This document shows, in pieces, positions 1 through 9,669 of a DNA stretch of 64,000 nucleotides (positions within the stretch are counted from its first letter, which is position 1; each line of letters starts with the position of its first letter). This stretch comes from Pseudolabrys sp. GTDB taxonomy: Bacteria; Pseudomonadota; Alphaproteobacteria; Rhizobiales; Xanthobacteraceae. Under the pieces are notes generated by a model. That model was not told where the DNA came from, made no database searches, and saw only the letters and a list, made by a program, of their open reading frames with translations. The stretch is from assembly GCA_035650955.1 (NCBI GenBank), contig DASRGR010000028.1, positions 7,510-71,509 on the forward strand. The letters run 5' to 3'. The position numbers and the translations under genes were made by a program.

Positions 1-920
1 CGTCGTGCTGGGCCCGTTTGCGGCGTTCGAGCTGCTTGCGACGCTCGACTATTTCGCGCAGGCGAAAATGCCGACTCTGGCTTTCGCCGGCGCCGAGGAC
101 GTGACCCAGCGCAAGGGCAATCCCTATCTCACGCGTACCTCGTATACGTCGGCGCAATGCCTCTATCCGCTCGCCGACTACGTCCAGTCGGACATGAAGC
201 TCAAGACGGCGACCACGATCGCGGACGATTTTGCCTTCGGCTATGAGCAGATCGGCGGCTTCCAGCGGGCGCGTCGTGAAGAAGCTGTGGTCCCCGCTCA
301 ATACTGCCGACTACGCACCCTATGTTGCCCAGATCCCCGACTGCGACGTCGTTTGTGTCGGGCTTGCCGGGTCCAATCCGATCAAGTTCATCAAGCAGGC
401 AAAAGCCCTCGGTATCAAGCAGCAGATCGTCGGGGGATCGACCACCGCGGACGATACCATCATCCAGGCCTACGGCGAGGAAGCGCAGGGGTTGATCAAC
501 ACCAATCCCTATTCGCTCGATATCGAAAGCGAGGCGAACAAGCGTTTCATCGCGGCGATGCGCAAGAACTACGGCGCCGATGTCCGTATCGGGCACTACG
601 CCGCGTGCTTCTATATCGACGGACAGGTGATCGAGGCCGCGCTGGCAAAGACCGGCGGTAAATCGGACAACCCGGACGAGTTCGTTAAAGCCGTGCGTTC
701 CGTATCGCTGCTGGAAACGCCGCGCGGCCCGATCAGCTTCGACGACCACGGCAATGTCGTGATCGACGTCTATGTGCGGCGGGCCGAGAAACACGGCGAC
801 AAGATGGTCAACAAGACCATCAAGACCTATCACAAGGTCAGCCAGTTCTGGACGATGGACCCGACCAAGTTCCTGAGCCAGCCGGTGTTCTCGCGCGATT
901 TCCCGCCGACGAAGGGCTGA
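1..920 (+). pseudogene. Branched-chain amino-acid-type ABC substrate-binding protein (LivJ-like), 5' truncated by the window edge, with a frameshift at ~266-271
   Basis: Frame of ORF 5..661 is coherent to DDFAFGYEQIGGFQR. Frame of ORF 231..920 continues GRVVKKLWSPLNTADYAPY...YPLSLD-like region...TPRGPISFDDHGN. The two halves form one PBP type-1 protein joined out of frame. Confidence 0.75.
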
Positions 921-928
921 CAGAAGAG

Positions 929-958
929 AGGGCGCGACCGGCCGCAGGGTCGCGCCTT
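929..958. terminator. GC-rich hairpin between convergent genes
   Basis: GGCGCGACC (931-939) pairs with GGTCGCGCC (948-956); no long U tract. Confidence 0.5.
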
Positions 959-1353
959 CACGTTACGCGGAATAGGTCGGCAGTGTCGGGACTGCGCTCC
1001 CTGAGGGACTGATCGAGGCCCTCGCGCTCGCCCTGTGCGAAGACCTCGCCGGATTGCTCGCGCGGCAGCGGGCTGTTCACGAAGCGCTCGCCCCGCCCGA
1101 ACGAATATGCCGAAGTCCCACGGGGTGGTAGCTTTCGAACTCGGCACGGGCTGCGGACGTCCACAGCGGCAGAGACTTCGGCAGGTCGGCCTTCCGCACC
1201 TCCTCTGCGCGGCCGAGAGCGCGCCTATGGCCGCGCAGGCCTGCGGATCTTCGAATCCGGCCGCAGGAAGATGGCCCACGGTGAATCGCCATAGCCTTCG
1301 GGGACCACGCGCCCCATGCCTTTTGGCGCGACCTTGATCCGCTTGAGGCTCAC
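958..1353 (-). pseudogene. Probable multiply frameshifted gene remnant, product unknown
   Basis: Three consecutive minus-strand segments with GC-rich third positions in different frames: SLKRIKVAPKGMGRVVPEGYGDSPWAIFLRP / RAEEVRKADLPKSLPLWTSAARAEFESYHP / SFGRGERFVNSPLPREQ...DLFRVT*. Confidence 0.35.
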
Positions 1354-1496
1354 AGCCCTGTCGCCATCCTCCTGCCTTCTGTCGTCGTTGAGAATTCATT
1401 TACCACGACTGCGCGGGTGAACCCGGCGGGCAACGTTCAAATTTTAAGGAAACGCGGAATAGTCTGGTCGCGAACTCCATTTAGTACGGAACCACC

Positions 1497-1901
1497 ATGG
1501 GTTTCGCGAGCACGATTGCGGTTTCCGGACTGAACGTTGCGAGCCTGCGCCTGCAGGTCGCCGCCGGTAATATTGCAAACGCGTGGTCCGACGGACCGCT
1601 GCCGGACACGCCAAACCCGGAGAACTTCCCCGCCGCCTATACGCCGCGGCGCGTCAATCAGGTGCAGAACGCCGCCGGCGGCACTGACGCGACCGTTACG
1701 GCGGTATCGCCGGCATTTGTTTCGGTGTTTGACCCAACGGCGCCCTTTGCCGACAGCCGCGGCATGGTGGCAAGCCCGAATGTCGACCTCGGCAACGAGC
1801 TGGTGCAGACCCTGATCGCCCGGCTGAGCTATGCCGCGAATGCCAAGGTCATCCGCGTCGACACGCAGATGGGCGCAATGCTGTTCGACATCACGGCCTG
1901 A
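1497..1901 (+). CDS. Orphan flagellar basal-body rod protein, FlgC-like
   Basis: N-terminal IAVSGLNVASLRLQVAAGNIANA; C-terminal DPTAPFADSRGMVASPNVDLGNELV...YAANAKVI (Flg_bb_rod/Flg_bbr_C pattern). Confidence 0.8.
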   Translation: MGFASTIAVSGLNVASLRLQVAAGNIANAWSDGPLPDTPNPENFPAAYTPRRVNQVQNAAGGTDATVTAVSPAFVSVFDPTAPFADSRGMVASPNVDLGNELVQTLIARLSYAANAKVIRVDTQMGAMLFDITA

Positions 1902-1919
1902 GAGAAACCTTTCGCGCGA

Positions 1920-3014
1920 TCAGTTCGAGCGGGCCGAGCGGGTCGGCATGCGGTGGAAGTCGAGAATCTGCTGTGCCGTTGATTGACGGAGCCGATTGAA
2001 GGCGGACATCGCCTGATCGATATCGGCCATCGAGCGCCGGTAACGCTTTGCCGCCAGCGTCATGATGCTGCGCGTCGTGTCCCAGGGGAGCCCGACGGCC
2101 CTGGCGAGGACAAGCAGCGACTGCGTGCTCGTCTCGCGCATGTTGCGCTCAATGATCGCCGTGGGCACATTCGACATGACCGAAAGGGAGGCGACGATTT
2201 CCTCGAAGCGCTCGGCTAGCGCGAACTCCTCGAGCTTCGCGGCGGTAAGCATTCCCGCGCGATGCATCGATTCAGCGAGAACCTGCGCGGCGGCATAGCT
2301 CAGCGGCTGGTCGCTCGCCTCCGTCCTGATGCGGTTGGAAACGTGCCCGACAACATCAGCAATATCCGCCCGCGTGAACCTGCGTTCGACCTCAAGCTTT
2401 GCACGCACCTTTTCCGAAGCGACCGTCAACAGCCGCTCAAACAGCTCGGGCGGCAGGTCGGGGCGCGCTCCGACACAGGCGGCGAGCTGGTCGTCCCCCT
2501 GCGATCGTTTGACCAACGTGGCAAAGCCCCTGCCGGAGAAACGGGCGCCGCTGTTCTTTGCCGTGCTCAGGACGACCTGCTGGTCGCCGCGCTCCACCAG
2601 GACGTCCGTGAGCGCTTCCGGCAGCATCTTGCGGCGGGAAATGGCGAGCAGGTGTTCCTGATTTTTGGTTTTGGCGCATTCGATCAACGTTGCGGTATCG
2701 AGACGCTCGGCCTGGGTAAGGACCGGAGAGGCAACCTCAATGGCGTCATCGCAGGCCAGGAGCCGAAGGATCTTGGGCGGAGCCGTCGGCACCGGCCCAA
2801 GCCGGATGGCCAGGAGCGCGCGCGAGGATTCCTCGATCGTGGCGACAAGGCGCACAAAGACGTCGTCGATCAGATCGACTTCCTCATCGGAATACTGATC
2901 GGACCCGACCAGAAACAGGTCGGTGAGATGACGCAGCATGGCCGAGCGGCGCTCAGCGGAGCTTTGAGCAATCGAGCTGTCGAGCTGTTGGATAAGTTCG
3001 AGGGGAGCGCCCAT
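1920..3014 (-). CDS. DUF2336-family protein
   Basis: RRSAMLRHLTDLF, LACDDAIEVASPVLTQAERL, HLLAISRR...LTDVLVERGD...NSGARFS motifs; start set at MGAPLELIQQLD. Confidence 0.8.
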   Translation of the reverse strand: MGAPLELIQQLDSSIAQSSAERRSAMLRHLTDLFLVGSDQYSDEEVDLIDDVFVRLVATIEESSRALLAIRLGPVPTAPPKILRLLACDDAIEVASPVLTQAERLDTATLIECAKTKNQEHLLAISRRKMLPEALTDVLVERGDQQVVLSTAKNSGARFSGRGFATLVKRSQGDDQLAACVGARPDLPPELFERLLTVASEKVRAKLEVERRFTRADIADVVGHVSNRIRTEASDQPLSYAAAQVLAESMHRAGMLTAAKLEEFALAERFEEIVASLSVMSNVPTAIIERNMRETSTQSLLVLARAVGLPWDTTRSIMTLAAKRYRRSMADIDQAMSAFNRLRQSTAQQILDFHRMPTRSARSN

Positions 3015-3182
3015 GGGCCCTGGGAAACCGTTCTGGTTGGCCACGGTCTGTGTTCTGCAGTTGGTAAACGTGCATTTAGAGTGTACGCGAGGTCGACTTA
3101 GGAATTCGTAAAGGCCGTTTTTTCCCGGCAAAATGCCGCAAGACCGGCCCTTTAGAGGCCTCGGCCGGCACCGCAGGTGGCA

Positions 3183-3470
3183 CTACTGCTTGAGCAGACC
3201 GCAGTAGCGTTGCGGGCCGCTGTCCCAGCAACCGGTCCGCATGCAGCTGGCGCGGCGCACCCCGCAATTGGTCACGCAGGTCGAGATTGACGAGCGATTG
3301 GGGCTCTTGTTGCACGCGGCAATGCAGGTCTTCTCTTCGCCGCTGCATCGCATGGGCGCCGCAACGGAAACGCGTGGGCAGAGGAGGGCGGTCCCACCCA
3401 GAATGGCCGCGATGAGCACGGCGCAGGCTGCCTTGCCGGGGGCGCCCGGCGAATCGATCCAGGACGTCAT
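3183..3470 (-). CDS. Small secreted cysteine-rich protein
   Basis: Hydrophobic signal-like stretch ending VSVAA, then 8 regularly spaced Cys in a 58-aa mature region. Confidence 0.7.
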   Translation of the reverse strand: MTSWIDSPGAPGKAACAVLIAAILGGTALLCPRVSVAAPMRCSGEEKTCIAACNKSPNRSSISTCVTNCGVRRASCMRTGCWDSGPQRYCGLLKQ

Positions 3471-3611
3471 ACCGAAGTCCTAGGAAGGAGGGCGGTCGGC
3501 TTCAACTGTCGATGTCCGCTTGCTTGCCGCAGCGCTTTTCGATTGGTACGTACTGCCGGAGCGTCGTGGCCGGACAAAGCGGCCATCCATGTCATTGAAA
3601 TGAATGGTCAA

Positions 3612-5171
3612 ATGGCCGCCAAGACACCGTTCTACATTACCACCGCGATTTCCTACCCGAATGGCCCGCCGCACATCGGTCACGCCTACGAGGCGATCGC
3701 AACCGATGCCATTGCACGCTTCATGCGCCTCGATGGCTACGACGTCTACTTTCTCACCGGCACCGACGAGCACGGGCAGAAGATGCTGCAGACCGCGGCG
3801 CGCGAAGGCGTGACCGCGCGGCAGCTGCGCGACCGCAACGTGCCGCGTTTCGAGGCGATGGTGAAGCTGCTTGACTGCTCGAATGACGATTTCATCCACA
3901 CAACCGAACAGCGGCACCACCGCGCGTCGCAGGCCATCTGGCAGGCGATGGAGAAAAAGGGCGATATCTATCTCGACAAATATGCCGGCTGGTACTCGGT
4001 CCGCGACGAGGCCTACTACGGCGAAGACGAGACGCATCTCAACGAACAGAAGCAGCGGATCGCCACCAAGACCGGTACGCCGGTCGAGTGGGTAGAGGAG
4101 GAGAGTTATTTTTTCAGGCTTTCCGCCTATCAGCAGAAGCTGCTCGATCTCTACGAGCGTGTTCCCGATTTCGTGCTGCCGAAGGAGCGGTTGAACGAGG
4201 TCGCAAGTTTCGTGCGCGGCGGCCTGCAGGATCTCTCGATCTCGCGTACCACATTCGACTGGGGCGTGAAGGTGCCGGGCAACGCCAAACACATCATGTA
4301 CGTGTGGGTGGATGCGCTCACCAATTATATTACCGGTGTCGGCTACCCCGATACCGAAAGTGAAAAATTCAAACGCTACTGGCCGGCGGCCTTGCATGTC
4401 ATCGGCAAGGACATCGTACGCTTTCACGCCGTCTACTGGCCGGCCTTCCTGATGTCCGCCGGCGTCGACGTGCCGAAACATATCTTCTCGCACGGATTTC
4501 TGTTCAACCGCGGGGAGAAGATGTCGAAGTCGGTCGGCAACGTGATCGATCCGTTCACGATGGCGGAGACCTACGGCGTCGACCAGTTCCGCTACTTTTT
4601 CCTGCGCGAGGTGCCGTTCGGGCAGGACGGCAACTACAGCCACGAGGCGATCGTCAACCGCATCAATGCGGACCTCGCGAACGACCTCGGCAATCTCGCG
4701 CAGCGCTCGCTGTCGATGATCGGCAAGGCCTTTGGCGGAAAACTGCCGAAGCCGGGGCCCTTCAGCGACAGTGACAAGACCATTCTCGCGGCCGCCGATG
4801 CAATGATCGGCACCGCGCGCGAGCACATGAAGACGCAGCAACTGCACCAGGTGCTCAATTGCGTGTGGGCGGTGGTTGCGGATGCAAATCGTTACTTCGC
4901 GTCCGAGGCTCCCTGGGCGCTCGCCAAGACCGATCCCGGGAGACAGGGAACGGTCCTTTATGTGACGGCGGAAATCCTGCGCCAGGTCGCCATCCTCGCG
5001 CAGCCGTTCGTGCCGGCGTCTGCGGCCAGATTGCTCGATCTGCTTGCGGTTCCGGCGAATGAGCGGAGCTTTTCCGTCCTTACCCCCAACCTACGGATAA
5101 GGCCTGGAGCCATATTGCCGCCGCCTTCGCCGGTTTTTCCCCGCTACGTCGAAGCCGAAGAGAAGGCATGA
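3612..5171 (+). CDS. metG: Methionyl-tRNA synthetase (short form)
   Basis: [21 protein letters not shown] (HIGH), GTDEHG, KMSKS. Confidence 0.97.
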   Translation: MAAKTPFYITTAISYPNGPPHIGHAYEAIATDAIARFMRLDGYDVYFLTGTDEHGQKMLQTAAREGVTARQLRDRNVPRFEAMVKLLDCSNDDFIHTTEQRHHRASQAIWQAMEKKGDIYLDKYAGWYSVRDEAYYGEDETHLNEQKQRIATKTGTPVEWVEEESYFFRLSAYQQKLLDLYERVPDFVLPKERLNEVASFVRGGLQDLSISRTTFDWGVKVPGNAKHIMYVWVDALTNYITGVGYPDTESEKFKRYWPAALHVIGKDIVRFHAVYWPAFLMSAGVDVPKHIFSHGFLFNRGEKMSKSVGNVIDPFTMAETYGVDQFRYFFLREVPFGQDGNYSHEAIVNRINADLANDLGNLAQRSLSMIGKAFGGKLPKPGPFSDSDKTILAAADAMIGTAREHMKTQQLHQVLNCVWAVVADANRYFASEAPWALAKTDPGRQGTVLYVTAEILRQVAILAQPFVPASAARLLDLLAVPANERSFSVLTPNLRIRPGAILPPPSPVFPRYVEAEEKA

Positions 5172-5175
5172 CGTC

Positions 5176-5970
5176 ATGCTGGTCGACAGCCATTGTCACC
5201 TCGATTTCCCCGACCTTGCGGCCGATCTGGATGCGGTCGTCGGCCGCGCCCGCGCCGCCGGGATCGGCCGCCTGGTGACGATATCGACGCGGGTCAAACG
5301 CCATGCGCAGGTGCTTGCGATTGCCGAGAAATATCCCGAGGTTTTCTGCTCGGTCGGCACGCACCCCAATCACGCGCACGAGGAGCCGGAGGTCGACGCC
5401 AAAATGCTTGCCCGCATCGCGCAGCACCCGAAGGTGGTCGCGATCGGCGAGGCCGGACTCGACTATTTCCGCAACACCAGCCCTCGCGAAGCGCAGACCG
5501 CGGGCTTGCGCCAGCATATTGCGGCGGCGCGAGAGACGGGGCTGCCGCTGGTCATCCATTCCCGCGAGTGCGATGCCGATATGGCGCGGATCCTGAAGGA
5601 GGAGAGCGGGAAGGGGGCCTTCCCTGCGATCCTGCACTGCTTTACCGGCGGCCGTGAGCTGGCATTCACGGCGATCGAACTCGGCCACTACGTCTCATTC
5701 ACCGGCATCCTGACCTTCAAAAGCTCAGAGACGCTGCGCCAGATCGCGGCGGAACTGCCGGCGGACCGCGTCATGGTGGAGACGGACGCACCCTATCTGG
5801 CGCCCCTGCCGCATCGTGGAAAACGCAACGAACCCGCCTACGTAGTCGAAACCGCTAAAGTTTTAGCTGATGTGCGCAAGGTCTCGGCCGACGAGATTGC
5901 GTATCTGACGACCGAGAACTTCTTCCGGCTGTTCAGCAAGGTGCCGCGCACGCTCGCGGACGCGGCATGA
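5176..5970 (+). CDS. tatD: TatD-family hydrolase/DNase
   Basis: DSHCHL, GTHP, IGEAGLDY, VIHSR, LHCFTG, ETDAPYLAP. Confidence 0.93.
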   Translation: MLVDSHCHLDFPDLAADLDAVVGRARAAGIGRLVTISTRVKRHAQVLAIAEKYPEVFCSVGTHPNHAHEEPEVDAKMLARIAQHPKVVAIGEAGLDYFRNTSPREAQTAGLRQHIAAARETGLPLVIHSRECDADMARILKEESGKGAFPAILHCFTGGRELAFTAIELGHYVSFTGILTFKSSETLRQIAAELPADRVMVETDAPYLAPLPHRGKRNEPAYVVETAKVLADVRKVSADEIAYLTTENFFRLFSKVPRTLADAA

Positions 5971-6764
5971 GCCTGACGTTCACGATCCTTGGCTGCGGCT
6001 CGTCGATGGGCGTCCCGCGCGTGGCGCTCGGCTGGGGGTCGTGCGATCCGAATGAACCGAAGAACCGGCGCCGGCGCTGCTCACTGCTGGTCGAGCGCGT
6101 CAACGCACGCGGTCATCGCACGCGCATTCTGGTTGATTGCTCGCCGGACCTGCGCATGCAGCTCCTGGACGCCAACGTCGACTGGATCGACGGCGTGCTC
6201 ATCACGCATGAGCATGCCGATCATACGCACGGAATCGACGATCTCCGGCCCCTGTTCGTGCACAAGCGGCGCCGGGTCGATGTCTATGTCGATGAGCCGA
6301 CATCGCGCGCGATGCACGCCCGTTTCGGCTATTGCTTCGTGACGCCGCCCGGCAGCGAATATCCCCCGATCGCGACAGAAAAGCGCCTGGTGCCCGGCAG
6401 ACCCGTCACGATCGACGGGCAGGGAGGCCCTATCGAGGCCCTGCCGATCCTCCAGGATCACGGCGATATCCCTTCTCTGGGATTTCGCTTTGGCGACGTC
6501 GCTTATTCGGCCGATATCAAGAGCCTGCCGCCCGAAAGCATCGCCGCGTTGGCCGGTCTTGAGGTCTGGATCGTCGACGCGCTGCGCAAGAGCCCACACC
6601 CCACGCATTTCAACCTTGAGGAAGCGCTGGATTGGATCAGCCGCATCAAGCCCAAGCGCGCGATCCTGACGAACCTGCACACCGATATGGACTACGCCAC
6701 GTTGCGCGCCGAACTGCCGCCGGGCGTCGAGCCCGGCTATGACCGCATGTCGCTCACGATTTGA
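5967..6764 (+). CDS. Metallo-beta-lactamase-fold hydrolase (PhnP-like)
   Basis: ILGCGSSMGVP, THEHADHTHGIDDLR (HxHxDH); ATGA overlap with tatD. Confidence 0.9.
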   Translation: MSLTFTILGCGSSMGVPRVALGWGSCDPNEPKNRRRRCSLLVERVNARGHRTRILVDCSPDLRMQLLDANVDWIDGVLITHEHADHTHGIDDLRPLFVHKRRRVDVYVDEPTSRAMHARFGYCFVTPPGSEYPPIATEKRLVPGRPVTIDGQGGPIEALPILQDHGDIPSLGFRFGDVAYSADIKSLPPESIAALAGLEVWIVDALRKSPHPTHFNLEEALDWISRIKPKRAILTNLHTDMDYATLRAELPPGVEPGYDRMSLTI

Positions 6765-6857
6765 AGCGCCACGGGGAAACCCGGCCGCGTCATGTTGAAA
6801 AGATAGAGTTTTATCGTTTCGGCCCGTAAGCCCAGCCGTATCGGGGGTCCGTATAAA

Positions 6858-6885
6858 ATGTTCCATAATATGTCTTATGCGAATC
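6858..6885 (-). other. dif site (XerC/XerD chromosome-dimer resolution site)
   Basis: Minus strand reads GATTCGCATAA-GACATA-TTATGGAACAT vs E. coli dif GGTGCGCATAA-TGTATA-TTATGTTAAAT; intergenic and AT-rich. Confidence 0.85.
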
Positions 6886-6961
6886 GTAGATCGGCGGTCG
6901 CAGGCAACGGGCGCCTTTGCTACGGTCGCCATCCACCGACGAAGCGCACCTGTCATCGCCC

Positions 6962-7759
6962 GTGAAGCCCTCTCGTGATATTTCGCGCCTGCTCGAGATC
7001 ATGGCGGCGCTGCGCACGCCGGGCACCGGCTGCCCCTGGGACCTCGAGCAGAATTTCCGGACGATCGCGCCTTATACGCTTGAGGAAGCCTATGAGGTCG
7101 CGGACGCCATCGCGCGCGAGGACCTTGCCGGCCTCAAGGACGAGCTTGGCGACCTGCTGCTGCAGGTCGTTTTCCACGCCCGGATGGCTCAGGAGCAAGG
7201 CGCCTTTGATTTCGGCGACGTGGTGGCGGCGTTGACCGCAAAACTGATCCGCCGCCATCCGCACGTCTTTGCCGATGCCGACGGTAAGACGGCGACCGCG
7301 GTCAAGGATTTGTGGGAACGGATAAAGGCCGAAGAGAAGGCAGAGCGGGGACAACAGATGCCGGAGAGCGCACTTTCTGGCGTTCCGGTCGGCCTGCCCG
7401 CGTTAACCCGTGCCTTAAAGCTTCAGGAGAAGGCCGGCCGCGTCGGCTTCGACTGGAACGATCCCCGGGCCGTTCTTGCCAAGATCCGCGAGGAAGCAGA
7501 TGAAATCGAAGCGGAACTTGACGCCGCCGACGGCAGCCGGACGGCTGCCGAAGTTGGCGACCTGCTGTTCGCCGTCGTCAACCTCGCGCGGCACCTGAAT
7601 GCCGATCCCGAGGGCGTCCTGCGCGAAACCAACCTGAAGTTCGAGCGGCGGTTTGCATCGATCGAGCGCGCACTCGCCGAGCGCGGAAAGACGCCGAAGA
7701 ACGCAACTCTGGACGAAATGGATGCGTTGTGGACCGAGGCGAAAGCCGCGGAAAAGTAA
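6962..7759 (+). CDS. mazG: Nucleoside triphosphate pyrophosphohydrolase
   Basis: GCPWDLEQNF, EEAYEVADAI, DELGDLLLQVVFH, second EVGDLLFA domain; GTG start chosen. Confidence 0.95.
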   Translation: MKPSRDISRLLEIMAALRTPGTGCPWDLEQNFRTIAPYTLEEAYEVADAIAREDLAGLKDELGDLLLQVVFHARMAQEQGAFDFGDVVAALTAKLIRRHPHVFADADGKTATAVKDLWERIKAEEKAERGQQMPESALSGVPVGLPALTRALKLQEKAGRVGFDWNDPRAVLAKIREEADEIEAELDAADGSRTAAEVGDLLFAVVNLARHLNADPEGVLRETNLKFERRFASIERALAERGKTPKNATLDEMDALWTEAKAAEK

Positions 7760-7762
7760 ATT

Positions 7763-9139
7763 TCAGGAACTGAACTTCGCCCGCACCCGCGCGGCATTAT
7801 CGGCATCCGCGCGCACAGTGAGCGCGAGCCGCCCGTCTCCGCGCATGTTTTTTGCGAGGACTTCCGAATGCCGGTAAAGCCAGCTCAGGCCGGCACCGTC
7901 CGCAGGATCGACCGACAGCTCGATGGTCTGACGGCTTTGGCTGAGGCGCCTCTCGATCGCGGCCACCAGGCGGTCCATGCCCTCGCCGGTCAGCGCGGAT
8001 ACGATCACGGGACGCCGGTCTTCCGGTTGGCGTGCCGCAAGGTTGAGCACCCTCGCCCGGGCTTCTGCATCCAGCCGATCGACTTTATTCCAGACTTCGA
8101 TGAGCCGCTTGTCGGTCGTCGCGATACCGAGCTCGCCCAGCACCTTGCCGACGTCGTGCAGCTGGGCATCCGCATCCTCGTGCGACATGTCGCGGACATG
8201 CAGGATCACATCCGCCTCGATCACTTCTTCCAAGGTTGCCCGAAATGCCGCAACGAGCATCGTCGGCAGATCCGAAATGAACCCGACGGTGTCGGACAGG
8301 ATAGCCCGAATGCCGTGCGGCAATTCGACCGCACGCAGCGTTGGGTCGAGCGTGGCAAAGAGCATATCCGCGGACAGCACCGTGGCTGCGGTCAGACGGT
8401 TGAACAAGGTCGATTTGCCGGCGTTTGTGTATCCGACCAGAGCCACGATCGGATAAGGCACGCGCTTGCGGCTCTCACGGTGCAGCTTGCGCGTGCGCTT
8501 GACCTTGTCGAGCTCCGCTTCGATGCGGGCAATGCGCTCCTCGATTACCCTGCGGTCGGCTTCAATCTGAGTCTCGCCCGGACCGCCCAGGAAACCAAAG
8601 CCGCCGCGCTGGCGTTCGAGGTGGGTCCATGAGCGGACCAGCCTGCTTTTCTGATAGGTCAGATGTGCAAGCTCGACCTGCAGCGCCCCTTCCCGCGTGC
8701 GCGCACGCCGCCCGAAAATCTCCAGGATCAACCCCGTGCGGTCGATGACCTTGGCGTTCCACGCCTTCTCGAGGTTGCGTTGCTGCACCGGAGAGATCGG
8801 GCAATCCATCACCACGATGGATGCCGACAGACTTTTCACCATGCCGGCAATTTCGTCGACCTTGCCCTTGCCGATATAGGTCGCAGGCCGGATGTCGCCG
8901 AGCGTGACAAGACCGGCCTGTACCACTGTCAGGTCGATCGCACGAGCAAGCCCGACCGCCTCCTCCAGACGCGCCTCAGGAGATCGTGCGCCCAATTGGG
9001 TGCCAAGGGCACCGCCCGCAGCATTGCGGTGCGCGGACGTCTTGAGCCAAGGCTCGATGACAATTGCGCGACCGGTCTCGCCGCCCGACGGTGTCGGGCT
9101 CAGACGATCGGCACTTTGATCACGGCGGCGTAATTCCAA
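7763..9139 (-). CDS. hflX: Ribosome-splitting GTPase
   Basis: VGYTNAGKSTLFN, LFATLDPT, DTVGFI, NKVD; follows hfq directly. Confidence 0.96.
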   Translation of the reverse strand: MELRRRDQSADRLSPTPSGGETGRAIVIEPWLKTSAHRNAAGGALGTQLGARSPEARLEEAVGLARAIDLTVVQAGLVTLGDIRPATYIGKGKVDEIAGMVKSLSASIVVMDCPISPVQQRNLEKAWNAKVIDRTGLILEIFGRRARTREGALQVELAHLTYQKSRLVRSWTHLERQRGGFGFLGGPGETQIEADRRVIEERIARIEAELDKVKRTRKLHRESRKRVPYPIVALVGYTNAGKSTLFNRLTAATVLSADMLFATLDPTLRAVELPHGIRAILSDTVGFISDLPTMLVAAFRATLEEVIEADVILHVRDMSHEDADAQLHDVGKVLGELGIATTDKRLIEVWNKVDRLDAEARARVLNLAARQPEDRRPVIVSALTGEGMDRLVAAIERRLSQSRQTIELSVDPADGAGLSWLYRHSEVLAKNMRGDGRLALTVRADADNAARVRAKFSS

Positions 9140-9400
9140 TTAGACCTTGTCTCCGGCCGGCGGCTCGTCGGCTCCTTCGAAGAGCTGTATCGGATGACCC
9201 GGCATGATGGTCGAGATTGCATGCTTGTATACGAGTTGCGAGTGCCCGTCCCGCCGCAGCAGCACACAGAAATTATCGAACCAGGTCACAACGCCCTGCA
9301 ATTTGACGCCGTTCACCAGAAATATGGTGAGAGGTACTTTGCTTTTCCGGACGTGATTAAGAAATGTGTCTTGCAGATTTTGCGCACGATCGGCTGCCAT
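9140..9400 (-). CDS. hfq: RNA chaperone Hfq
   Basis: [13 protein letters not shown]...[10 protein letters not shown]...FDNF...[11 protein letters not shown]. Confidence 0.98.
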   Translation of the reverse strand: MAADRAQNLQDTFLNHVRKSKVPLTIFLVNGVKLQGVVTWFDNFCVLLRRDGHSQLVYKHAISTIMPGHPIQLFEGADEPPAGDKV

Positions 9401-9669
9401 GGCCGTTTTTCCATTTTTTGCTCGCGTCTGAGCGCGAGACCTTCTTTCGTTGCCCAAGTCCTTCCACATGCGTCCTATTCGACGCATGCGCCACTCTGCC
9501 CCACGCTTAGCGGTGCGAGGCCCGGGAAATACTATTAGATGGCAGCTACAGGTGATGCGCAAGCACGAGTTCATGCCGGCTGTTGCAAGCCGCTGAATCT
9601 ATGGGAAATTTACCTTTTCCCGCGACAGCCGGTTCGGAGCCTTTTCGTGCGCCCGGATGCGGACGAACC

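Noticed and set aside
3480-4847. 455-aa antisense ORF over metG; similar ones at 14624-15802, 29764-31137, 47001-48824, 52801-54264 and 54229-55326
   Set aside because: They lie opposite well-conserved genes and have no recognisable motifs; stop-poor shadow frames are expected in high-GC DNA
9467-9488. Hairpin CATGCGTC-CTATTC-GACGCATG in the hfq leader
   Set aside because: One 8-bp stem with no recognisable ncRNA or riboswitch motif
9401-9574. N-terminal extensions in the ORF track for hfq (also cinA, trpG, trpC, lpxA, VOC, GFA)
   Set aside because: Artefacts of taking the most upstream start; family N-termini and operon overlaps support the shorter starts
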